Under the pieces are notes generated by a model. That model made no database searches, was not told the origin of the DNA, and worked only from the letters and a program-made list of their open reading frames with translations. Shown here piece by piece: positions 40,711 through 52,760 of a DNA stretch of 64,000 bases. Origin of the DNA: Camelus ferus. Its lineage: Eukaryota. Within the stretch, counting starts at the first letter, position 1. Every line of letters starts with the position of its first letter. Where the stretch lies: assembly GCF_009834535.1 (NCBI RefSeq), contig NC_045696.1, forward strand, positions 21,702,001 to 21,766,000, read 5' to 3'. The position numbers and the translations under genes were made by a program.

Positions 40711-42149
40711 TTTATGCCTGTTTTGTTTTCTGAGCTAAAACAAATACATCTTATGTAAGTACTTAGATAAGATGATTTTTCTGCCCACATGGAAGGAATA
40801 TCTTAATCTTTAACAATAATAGTAGTAACACTCATTTTTCCCTTTGGTAAATCCACGCCAGATTTTATTAAAGGAACAATCGTTGATTTATGTGCTTGAG
40901 TTACTTTTATCTGTTTATAAAATCAAAGTGCAAGGGGCTAAATTCTGGGACATTACATACAGGCGCCATTGTTTCAGCTCTCCATTCAGTGGATGAAAGT
41001 TACCAGACACTTTCAGTTTCTTTAAGGCGTTGTCTTACCTGAAAGAGAGAGGGAACACCCTCTGCTTAGATCTTTTCCTCTTACTGAGCATAACAGCCAT
41101 GAGTGTGGCTTGGAAATTTCCTCCACATGCACAGATAGAAAAGGATCACGGGCGAGTATAGCCTAGGGAAGACACTGGACCTTCTTCTGAAGAGGAAGTG
41201 GGCGGGTCCTTCAGATACCCCGAAAGATAAGAACCATATCATCTCCCCGCTAATCAGAAGCAAATAGCGGGAATCAGGATGTTTCCAGCCCAAAGGGGTA
41301 TTTTTATATGAAGGTTAAAATCTCGAATAAATAAAAGCCAGGAAAAAGATTAGAAAGTGAGAAGCCGGAAGAATAGAGGAGAGAGGATGATTAAAAGAAA
41401 TCTTCAATTAAGGCTCACAATTGACAGCACGGATGTAACAGGTGTTCAGGGATAAGAAAGACCAGTCCACGTCTTTTGTCTTTTGTCACATGGAGGCTTT
41501 TCTGTCTCTTTCTCTGACCCATTCTGGCTCAGTGGGTTTCCAGGCTACATACCCACCCATTTCAGAGCAATAACATAGCTTCTGGCTTTAAATTAGGGCA
41601 GTTAGACTTTGAATTGAATGAAATACCAACATCAAAGCAACACACAGAAAGGTAAACAATCAACATCTCTTTTTTCTAGGTTGTTCCTAGGCAAGGTGCA
41701 TTTTTTAAAAAGATGAATTCCACTCAATAGGAAAAAAGTTTAATAAATTATGGTATGGCAATTCTCTGAAGTTATTATAATTGATGTGAAAATTATTGAA
41801 CATAGGAAAGTCAAATGAAAAAATCAAACACTCCAGTGATATATACACTGACTTTAGCCTTGTTAAATAATATATATAAGCAAGCAAACAAGAACTAGAG
41901 ATATTACATAAAAATTAAAATTATATTTTATGTCATTATGGGAAATCCTAACTATCTTTTAGACATAAAACATTTGAAGTTTAATATTAAAATGTTTGGA
42001 TCTAATATTAAAATGTCTGTCTGGAGTTTCATATTTTATTTATTTATTTATTTCATATTTATTTCAATGTCCACAGCATTAAATAACTAGAAGTTTAGTT
42101 TATGGGTCTTTTCCGTTTGTGTTTTTGTTCTGTCTGTGTTTTTCCTTAG

Positions 42150-42245
42150 GAGTGGAAACTCATCCATGCCAATCTTTTCTACTGGAGGTGGACCGTTTGT
42201 AAAATTAAACACAGCACCTAATGGCAGCTTAATACTAACACCAAG
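42150..42245 (+). CDS. TMPRSS15: Enteropeptidase exon (~exon 19), SRCR: SGNSSMPIFSTGGGPFVKLNTAPNGSLILTP(S)
   Basis: ccttag|G ... AG|gtgggt; 96 nt, phase 2-2. Confidence 0.96.
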
Positions 42246-44070
42246 GTGGGTCCCAAAATGTGTTCTTTTATTAGTTTTATATTGACTAGAAAGAAAATGG
42301 ATTTTGAAGCTAGTCAGATTTTAATACCACCACATGCTAGCCATGTAATCTTGAAAGTTATGTAACTTCTTTATTATTTAGGTGACGCCAACAGCATCTA
42401 ACTGACCTTACCCAATAACATTGCCTAATCCTCAGATAGATGGTAGGATGGTCAAATGAGGTATTGTATGTAATTATCTAGCACGCAGATAGAGATTCAA
42501 TAAGTTTTACTTCCATATCCTTTTTATCTTTACTCTTGGATTTATGAACAAGTAAATCCCATAGAAAGAAATTGTAAGAGTTAGAATAAAAAGGTCCAGT
42601 GCTGATCAGACTAAAAAGAGTGACACAATTAGCTATTGTCGAGAGAGAGAGAAAAAAAAGCCATGGTATTCATTTCTCTAGCAAACAGAGCATGGATATT
42701 CAGTGAAGAGTTCAGACTTCTTGTTGTGCCTGCATTTTCTCTTTTGCTCTTTAAAATTAGGTTCACTTTTACAGCTTTTACCAATGTTTTAAAAGCAACC
42801 TCCTTCCTGTATTTAAAGATCTGTTTTAGCTTAGTTTGTGCCATTCCTCCTGTTTGGGCATTAATAATAATTTTTGTTGAAACTGGCTTCTGAATTTTAC
42901 AGTTCCATTAAAGGCCAGCTTGGGCGGGAAGAAAGTAATTTCAAGAAGAGACTATAACAAGGATTTAAGATATCATCGCTGGTGCGCTAGCTTGTAGTTT
43001 TTTGAACATACTTAAGAGTGAAAAGCAAAATTATAATTATATTGTATAATAATTATATTATTATAATCATTATATAATGATATTTATTATATTTTTATTA
43101 TAATATAAATATTATATTATAATTATTCAGCTCTTCATGAAATGTGGCCATTTCTGTGAGCTCTATCAGTAAAACAAATTGTTAAAGGAGAATTTTTAGT
43201 ACCAAGGTACTTAGCAGTTGAATGTTTTATATGAATGTTTGCAGGGCCTTGACTGATATTGTTAGTCTCATTGGGGGTGAATCAAAGCATCTGCAGGTGA
43301 GAAAGCAGCCTTCTCGATTCCCTTTGTGTAAGGCGTGTCTAAATGTGCATTACCATTACAGATCCTGAGCCGTTTTTATATTGAGAATGTCTCTCATTTA
43401 TACTTTATAGACATTCAAGAGTGAGTTAGGAAAAAAGGAAAAGGCATAAAATACTTTCATATTAATTATACACATGTTTAAAATAAGAACTAGGTCATTC
43501 CATGCTTAGCACCAAAATGCCAGTATCATCACACATTGATGTCTTTATTGTATGTATGTTCATGTTATTTGAAAGAGACACCATTTATAGACAAGGATAC
43601 TAGAAACTTTCATCACATGAATAAGCCAGGACATTGTTAATCTCTCCCGTGATTAGCCATGTTATACTGGGTGAGCAGGAAATCAGACATGTATGCGTTT
43701 ATCTAGTTAGCTAATTTATGTGTTTATTTATTGCAGAGGTACGTTCACTGCCCCATGAAAACTGGTACTTTTGAAAAATACCCTTTCACTAGTGGTTGTA
43801 ATTGTTAAAAATTAAAGAAAGGAAGAGGATATCAAGGAAGATGATTCTTCCATGTATGCAGGTCTACTGAACTAGATCTCCATTTTTTCCTTCCTTTTAT
43901 GAGGCATATGCATGACTAGGGGATTATTTCCCACCACTGAGAAAGGCCGCTCAGCACGACCCCAGCAACCTGCCCCGATATCACTGGAAATGTACAGTTC
44001 ACGCTGCCACCAGCGCTAAGCTTCCCTTTCCTCCAGTTCTTTGGACCACTTTAGTAGTAGTTCTAGATGC

Positions 44071-44160
44071 AAAGAAAAAAAAAAGAAAGAAAAGAAAAGA
44101 AAAGAAAAGAAAAGAAAAGAAAAGAAAAGAAAAGAAAAGAAAAGGAAAGAAAAGAAAGGA
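44071..44160. repeat. (GAAAA)n microsatellite
   Basis: Read directly. Confidence 0.92.
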
Positions 44161-44229
44161 AATGGACTTATGATATACTGATTGACAATATGTTCTAAGC
44201 ATGGTGCTGGATACCGGATATGAAGCGCT

Positions 44230-44475
44230 CATCAAACACTTTACTGAATCCTTATCATGTGCAGATGCTATGGTAGGAATATTACGGTGTTAACTAAGGA
44301 GATTATTTCCAGTCCACTGAAAAGCTCTGTGGTTTGGTAGCACTGCTCCCCCATCAGGATAAGGAAACAGGCCTGGTGGTGGTAAGTGACTAGGACATGT
44401 TCACAAAGCTGGTAGGCACCGTGGAGATTCCAACCCAGGTTTATCTGACTTCAGAGCCCTCCACTTTCCCACTCT
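44230..44475 (-). mobile_element. MIR SINE
   Basis: gataaggaaacagg...ggtaagtgact...tcacaaagctggta...aacccaggtttatctgacttcagagccc. Confidence 0.7.
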
Positions 44476-45501
44476 TCTGCTCTGTGTTCTAAGCCCCCCA
44501 AAGAAGCAGCTCACTTTAAATAGCAGCTCTGGAAGGAAAAAAGAGAAAGAAAAAAGGCCATGTTGTTGGGCATATATAAGGAGAGAACTGAGTTCATTTT
44601 GTCAGTACAGTAGATATAAACCCATTCATTCGTCTCCTGGTACTGCCCCACTGGGCGAGAGAAAGACGCAGATCATGGCACTGCCTTTTTTCCTGTACAG
44701 AAGGTTAACCTAGTTCTGACTCCAGGACCAAAGGCCAGGACAGTAATTCTATTTTTTCTAATCTCTCTAAATGTTCCTGGACAAATGTACTCACTCTCAT
44801 TGTGACCAGAGGTGAAGCAACATATTGCTCTCTACTGAGATGCTGCATGTGTGCATTTGTGTATGAAGATTGCCCAAAACACATGGAAAATGGGGTGCTA
44901 GGCTCAGTTTATTTTCTGGTTAACTATTAAGTTAACCAAAATCTTTTCTGTGCTTGCTGAAAAGAATGCATCCATCTTATATGTGCCACAGAGTATTAAG
45001 CATTATTAACACCTAAGAATGGTGAAGCACTTTGAATGTGGGTTTCCTGGATGGGTATTGTAACTGTAGGAAATGCTTGGATGAAACTTGACAGGATGCT
45101 GAGAAGCGTCCTAGGAACTACTTCTCTCCTAACCATGGGCAGATAATAGAAGGACAGTTAACTGAGGCGTCATCCTTGTGGGACTGTGAATGCATATGAA
45201 TATATCTGTATCTAGGTAAATATACATACATGCACATTGCTTATTAATAAATATATTTCCTTACATTTAAATTGAATATGTCTATTCTAAAGGACATATC
45301 CGTTGGACAACATGGATGCATGTCATTTCAAATGAACCTTATCACGTATGTTCCAGAAACACTGAACTGCTTTGATTGTACTTATGAGCTCATGCAGATC
45401 TTGGGTCATGTTTTGTATTTTTTGGTTTGTTCTTCCCTAAAATTACAAGCACCTAAACAACATTCACAATGGATGGTGTTAAGTATATAAATATTAAAAC
45501 T

Positions 45502-45550
45502 GTATGTCTGTGTATGTGTATGTGTGTGTGTGTGTGCATGTGCGTGTGTG
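45502..45550. repeat. Imperfect (TG)n microsatellite
   Basis: Read directly. Confidence 0.85.
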
Positions 45551-45960
45551 TTAATGTGACCAACAGCTTACAGTAGCTGGATCAGGAACCAATGCAAATA
45601 CTTTAATTTCTTGTGTTATACTGACCTCTAGTGGTTTGTAAGTATAGCACACTTTAAAACAATTTCTCTGTGTTTAAATTTTCCTTTAAAATAGAATTCT
45701 TGGCTTTGAAAAAGGTTGATATCCAAATATTTAAACAAAGAGTGAGTTTTTTAATTATTTGTGCCTACAATTTATTTTATATTTGCCTATTTACATGTCT
45801 GCCTCACTTGAAAGCAGGACCCATGATTTATTCATCATTGAATTCCCTGAATAAAGTGCACAGCTTCACAGTGTTGAACACTGAATAGCTGTCTGATTAG
45901 CAACATTGAAGCATGTCCTGCATTACAGAATGGTGAAATCCAAGGTTAGTTCGTGCAAAC

Positions 45961-46185
45961 TAACAATAACTATTGTTTATTGAGTATTCACTGTGTATAA
46001 TGCACAGTAATAACTTCATTGCAAATATTTCTTTACCTCTCACAAAACTCCAGTAAAGTACTAATGTTCCCATTTTGTGGATGTTAAAACTGAGTCTCAG
46101 GGATATGAGTAACGTATCCAAAAATCATATGAAGAGTAAATGGTAGAGTTAAGGATGCAAACTCAACTTTATTTGACTTTAAACA
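45961..46185 (-). mobile_element. MIR SINE
   Basis: tttattgagtattcactgtgt...cccattttgtggatgttaaaactgagtctcag...agtaaatggtagagtt. Confidence 0.7.
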
Positions 46186-46341
46186 GGATTGTCTGCTGTG
46201 CATTTCAGCTTCCCTGCATTTTATATGTAACAAATTTAAAAGTCCGTTTTACTAAAGAGAAAAAACAGGATGACCTACACTATGTTTTGTTTTAAAATGT
46301 TCTGTGCACAGCTTTTAAATATAATTGTTCTTCTATTACAG

Positions 46342-46391
46342 TAAACAGTGCTTAGAGGATTCACTGATTCTGTTACAATGTAACCATAAAG
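46342..46391 (+). CDS. TMPRSS15: Enteropeptidase exon (~exon 20), SRCR end: KQCLEDSLILLQCNHK(A)
   Basis: ttacag|T ... G|gtaagt; 50 nt, phase 2-1. Confidence 0.95.
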
Positions 46392-46482
46392 GTAAGTAAA
46401 TATTTCATCCTGTCCTCCTTCAAGCCTTCAGTTTAAAATTCTGTTTAGAGTTAGTATGTCACCTCAAGTTACTTTGTAGTGA

Positions 46483-46731
<249 letters not shown>

Positions 46732-49324
46732 TGAGTGTGACGTCATGGTGTCCCTTCCCAGATGAGGTGAACCTGGCAGGCACTGTGCATCCCCTTTCAG
46801 GCAGCATCCCCAAACCCTCCCAGCAGGGAAACGTTCCCACTGTTTAGAACACTATAAACTTTCCAATCATGTTCCCATTAAAATCATGCATAAAAATAGA
46901 GAAGGTTCAATTAAAATTCATTCTTTGTTAGATACTCGCATCAAGTGTTATGTTTCCTGCAAACATAAAAATGGAAATTTCTACCTATTCACAAGGTAAG
47001 CATTTTTTAAGGTGTAAAATTAGTTTTTAACGTATAAAATGTGCTAGTTATCAGCCAATTAGGACAATATTTATTGTCAGCAAATTGTCAATATTAAAAA
47101 AAGCTTGTATAGATAGCCCTCAAGTTACAAATGTAAAAACTGTGCTCCTTGAAATTCATGCATAAGCACTTTGCTGTGAATTGGGGTTAAAATGTTACTT
47201 AGTTCTCAAATCATATCTATTTTGATACTAACCATAACTAAAACTAAGAACAAATATCAACTAACCATAGCTCACTCTTTTTTTGTAGTATAATATGAGA
47301 AAATACATGCTGAATCGGGGGATTTACCTTCTCCCTCTAATAGTAGTCGTACTCCCACACGTCTGAATTAAGTCTGAAAAAGAGGTAGCTTCCTCATAAA
47401 GATTCGTAAGCCCTGACGAGGGTGATTTCCTGCCCCTGGTTGAGTAGAAAAGGCCTCCAGAGACTGACCTTACCTGTGAGGATTCAAATGAGTCTCTAGT
47501 GTCCAGGATCTCTGAGAAAAGAGCCCTGGGTGTGCAGAATGGAAGATGCAGTGGTAGTTAATCAGGTTAAAAGACAAACTCTGGACAAACACAGACATTG
47601 ATAGTTCTTGGATAGATGGAGACAAATTGCCAGCCACAGAAGTCTGGGAGATTTGTTGGGGAGTTAGGGAGGGTCAGGGAGAATGAGTAGTGAACTACCC
47701 ATCATACCAGAGTGAGGGTGAACTCAAACTCATAGTCCTGGGAACTTGGAAATGAGGACCCTCAGCTGCATCCTGGCTTGGCCAATTACCTGGGCTCCGA
47801 AAGGACTGTCCAAGGTGCTGCCCATCTACATCAAAGCTCTCTCATCCAGTGCATGATACCCTGCATCTGGGTGACTAAGCTATACATAGCCTCTCCCACA
47901 GCTAAAAAGCACCTTCATGACTTTGCTGATAATCATATTTTATCTGTTAATTATATTTTGATAATTACATTTTCATCTGTTTTCAACTATATCATAACAA
48001 ACGTGCATAATCGTCAGTTTTCCCATCCCCTGCAAAATGTGACTTCATATACGTACTCTATGCCTTGGGCGTATCACAGATGAATAACCTTGACCTTAAC
48101 TATGTTACAAGTAAAAGGTATCTTCAGGTATTAAAAAATACAGTGTTTTCAGTGACACTTAGATAGGTCTTAGTAAGATAGCAACCTCCTGTATTAACCT
48201 CAGATTTGGTAAATTCATCCATTTGATGTTCTTACAGAACGTATGCTTTCTAAATGTCAACCAGGCTTGCAGTAATATTTGGGACATCTTTCAATTATTA
48301 CCTCACAGATGTACTGATTGTAGGTCTAGGGTACCATGTCTTTTCAAACCACAAATATACAAAGGAAATAGAAGAGCAATTCCATCTAATATAAACACAT
48401 GTTCAGTCATACAGGACATAAAATGTCTTTTCACATGGTTTCAGTCTGAACAAAGCAAACAAACGTAAGCTGTAATAGAATTGTGATGAATTCACAGTTA
48501 TCCTCACCAACCTTGCGTTTTACTCTTCTTAGCTGCTCTGTGATATTATTTCTTCTTTTTCCTGTTACCAGGAGTTTTCTGGCTTTTGTCTTTATGTCTC
48601 TAACCAAGAAAGTAAGTTTCTGATATTATTTCAGACAGCTTCATCAAAAAAAATTCTTACCAGTATGCTAAGAATTACCACCTGTTATTGGTCTTTTTTA
48701 AACCCTACTTGTGCAGTGAAAAGCTTAAATTCCTAACAAAAAGAACCCAGATCAACCAACTTATTGAAACCATACCACACAAGTGACCTGACTGCAGTAT
48801 AAATCTGTTCCAGGTGATTTAACCTGTAGGTGGTGAAGCAGTTTAATTGGACAGGTCTTCTCTGTCTACAGTCATATTGTCCTCCCTCCCATTCCCATCC
48901 CTGAGCCTCAGTGTTCCTTGATGTCACTGCACTTCTCTGTGTCTGTTCTGTTTCTCTCTCACTGATTTGTCTTCTTTTCCAACCTTCAAAGGAATATTTG
49001 AAAAGTATGGGCCAACTTTGCTATGATTTAAAGACAAGGTTAACTTAGAACCAGAGAACAGGATTTTGGTCCTACCTGTGCTACTGACCTTGTGTGACTT
49101 AATGTCTGTGGGTTTTACCATCCTCACCAGTAGAGTGTCCGTAGGATACCTACCTGCTGAGGTGATGGTCAGGACAAAATTAAGACGCCGCAATACTTTT
49201 GGATACTGTGAACTGTATAAATGTGCAACACAAAGTTTACTGTGCTGCTGTTCCTGTGTGGGAAAGCTCCATGAAAGAAGGGTCTAAGACTTACCCTCTA
49301 CACATGTAATGCATTGATCTTCTA

Positions 49325-49837
49325 AACTTTTTATATTGATATAATTTCAAACATGCACAAAATTGCAAATAATAGCACAAAGAACTCTTGTGCACCCTCG
49401 CCGAGATGCAACAATTATTTACCTTTTATGCTATGAAAACTTCCTTATCACTCTTGCATTCCCTCTGACTTGGAGAAATGTTTATTTTCTGAATCAGTTG
49501 AGAGTCAGTTAGACATTGTGCCTCTTTCCATGTGATTTTTACAAGAACAAGGATATTTCCCTACATAACGGCAGAAAATCACGGAATTAATTAATGCAAT
49601 ACAGTTGCCCAATCTAATTATCTAACACAGAATACACTCATTCTTATCAATTGTTGCAGATAAGTCCTTTATGACACTTGTGGTTTGTTTGTGTGTTTTC
49701 CGCCCAAGAGCCATTTTGGGGTAAGGCGCTGTGTTTAGCCGTGAGGCCTCTTTCATCCTTAATCTAGAGCAGCCTTTCTGTCAGCCTTTCTGTCTGTCTT
49801 TCTGTCTGTCTTTCTCAGCCCTTCTGTCTTTCTTGTC

Positions 49838-49869
<32 letters not shown>

Positions 49870-50430
49870 AGCGAGTTATTTTACAGAAAGGCTTATCTTT
49901 GGGGAAACCCTTCATGCTTGCTCCTTTGTTGGTCTTACTATATCCCCATTCTTTGAGAACTTTTTTCCTTTTTTGGCAAAATAAGATGTTCCAGGTTCAC
50001 TCTATGCATTCCCTGGCCTTGCCCTCAAATCAGGTGTTCTGTAAGAAACCCCAAATCCACTTAGCCATTTTAGTTCCTTCTACATTAAAAATAAAAACAA
50101 AAAACAAACAACAAAAAAAACAGGGTCCTCTTCACCCCTTGCAGCTGCTGGTGTGTCCTGCTTCTAGACCCTCCTAATGGACGTAGCTCTATACCTATAG
50201 ATATGAACCTAAAATGATAGCTCCAGTCCAAATAAAAGACCACAGGGTACATTCTAGTCTTGTCTCCTTCCGTATTCATAACTCTTATCTCCAATAATGA
50301 GAAACCCTGTTTGTGCATCCACAAAGTATTTATGGGTTTGCTCAAGCTTAGAACACAAAAAGTAGTTTGAGGATTATTAACTCAGACCACTGTGTAAAGC
50401 AAACTTACCAACCAGAGTTTTATATTTATT
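49325..50430 (-). mobile_element. L1MC4/L1MC5-like 3' end, antisense
   Basis: ataatttcaaacatgcacaaaattgcaaataatagcacaaagaactc and ccacagggtacattctag...atgagaaaccctg...gctcaa motifs. Confidence 0.7.
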
Positions 50431-51750
50431 TTCAATTTTTTCCCACTAACATATAGCAAAATGCAAAATCTTAAGCGTGGATCCCAGAAGGGACCACTAT
50501 TCAGTCCCTTGGGTTGGCCAGTCATGTAGAGACTTACTGTCTGGATCACATCTATTGAACAGACATATATCAATGATGAAATTGTCCATAGAGAAGGCTC
50601 TTGCCAATCTTCCATTTTTAAATTTGCTCTTCAGAGGGGACCAAATGCAGCATATGGATTACCTCATTTCTTATTAAAACAATTTCTTGAAATAGGTGTC
50701 AACATTTCTGAAATAGATGATTCACGATGAGGTGTTTTGGAGTAGGGCAAGAAATGCACACTAATATTTGTACTTTATTTAGTGCTAAATTAACTGATAC
50801 ATCTAATAAAATTCAAAAACCAACTTTTTAAACAGTTAAGTATTGATTATAAAGTAGCATTACTTAACTAATTGATGCAGCAATTACACTTTAAAATTTG
50901 AGTTCTTTTCAATGCCTCAAAATTTTTAAATAGGTCTAGATACAGAATCTATCCAAATATAATATTTTAAAATTTATTTCATTTCTACTTAAACCTACTC
51001 TAAAAAATGAACATCATGGGTTTAATTAATTTCTCTATTTATCTTCCTATCCTTATGGCTTTAGGAGATTAGCTACTAATATACTATAATTACTTAAATA
51101 TTTTAAAAGTATAAATACTTTCTCAAGATTATAGTCATGTTTATAGATCCGAAAAAAAAAAAAGGAAGAGCATTTTCCTAGGCCAGTAGAATGTGCAAGA
51201 TTAGCTTAGTGACATTGGGTTTTGGTTAAGGCATGGCTCTTGTTTTCTTTCCTAAAGGAGTTCAAGTTTGAGCTGCTAGTCATCTTTTTGATAGTTAAAA
51301 TTTTCTTATTCTGTCACTAGGACTTTTTTGATTTATGCCTTTCTAACAGGTTTTACCAATTTCCAACCAACCTGGTTTCTCCTTAAAATTACGTATTTTT
51401 TAAGTCTCCCTTGGTCAATTTTATATAACCCATCTCCTTGATATAATTCTATTCAGTGTTATTTTAATAACATATTTCTCATTAGCAGGTAACATTATAA
51501 TTCTTAGTCTACCCAGAAGTTTTATTTCCTAGATGCTCCCATTATCAGAGCTCTGAAGTTACTTCTACTTTGAGAACTATTTCATCTTCTTGAATCATGT
51601 GACTGTGCCCTCTTTCTCCTTATTTATTTTGTGCTACCACTTGTGTTGAAATGGCCTGATATACACTTCCCCTCCCTTTACCTGGCTGTTGTGTGTGCCC
51701 ACTGGTCATGCTCAGTCCTTCTGGCTCCTGGATTGCTTCCTGTTTCTCAT

Positions 51751-52760
51751 ATATTCACTCAGTCAGATGATATTTACTGAGCACTTATCTTGTGCCAAGC
51801 ATTGTTCTAAGTTTTGGGGATGATAGTGCTTTACAGACCAACAAAGTCTTTGCCCTAATAATGCTTATATTACAGGGAAGGGCAGAAAGACAGAAACCTC
51901 GAGAAGCCCTGCTACTGCTGTTGACAAGGAAGTGATTGGCAGAGGAGTAGGAATAGGATTGGATGTATGGGCAAGACCAGATCCGAGGCCCTGGTGAGAA
52001 CTCAGATGGCCGTGGTAAATGGGATGTAAGACCATCTGGAAGGCTGAAGAGTGATGTTAACTAATCAGGCATCTGTGTGGAGATGAGACTGCTGGGCAGA
52101 GCAAGAGTGAAACTGGGGGGACCAGTTAGAAAGAAACAACGGTGGTCCTAAGATTATGGCTGAGGAAGGCGAGCAAGTGTCTGGATGTCATTAGTGAGTT
52201 CAAATGCTTGGAGACATCTGAGTGTACTAATGATCGCAGAGAGATAAGGAGAAGGAAAGAGGAGAACCAAGGGTTTGGGTTTGAGCAATAGGATGTGTTG
52301 AAATAAGGAAAATGTGAAGAAATGGAATTGGAAAGGGAATAAAAGTTCTGATCTTTATATATTAAATTGAGACTTCTTACCAGAGTCCAGGTGGTATTTG
52401 TTGGCCAGTTGTGGGCATGTGAGTCTAGAGTTCAGAGAAGAAGTCAAGAATTGGAAAACAAATTTGGAAACTTTCAGCATATAGCTGGCATTTAAAGTCA
52501 TGGCATGGGATGCAATCATCCATGACATTAGTGTAAATGGAGAAGAGAAGATGGAAGGCAACATTCTAGAGTGTTCTAAATATTTAGAGTTTGAGAAGAA
52601 AAAGAGCTGAGGGGGAAAACCTAGGACAAGCAGAGAGTGAAATGAAAAGAAAATCACAAGTTCATGGATAGTCTTGGAAGTCGAGTGAAGAAGGGAGCTC
52701 AGAGATGATTCCTTTAGTTTTGAGAAATAATCTACCAGGTCAAATAATGCTGATGATTAA
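51751..52760 (-). mobile_element. L2 LINE
   Basis: tatttactgagcacttatcttgtgccaagcattgttctaag tail; accagttagaa; gagtctagagttcagagaagaagtcaag...gcatatagctggcatttaaagtcatgg. Confidence 0.8.

Noticed and set aside
47108..48130. Possible Tigger-type element
   Set aside because: Only a weak resemblance to TIRs; cannot support boundaries or family
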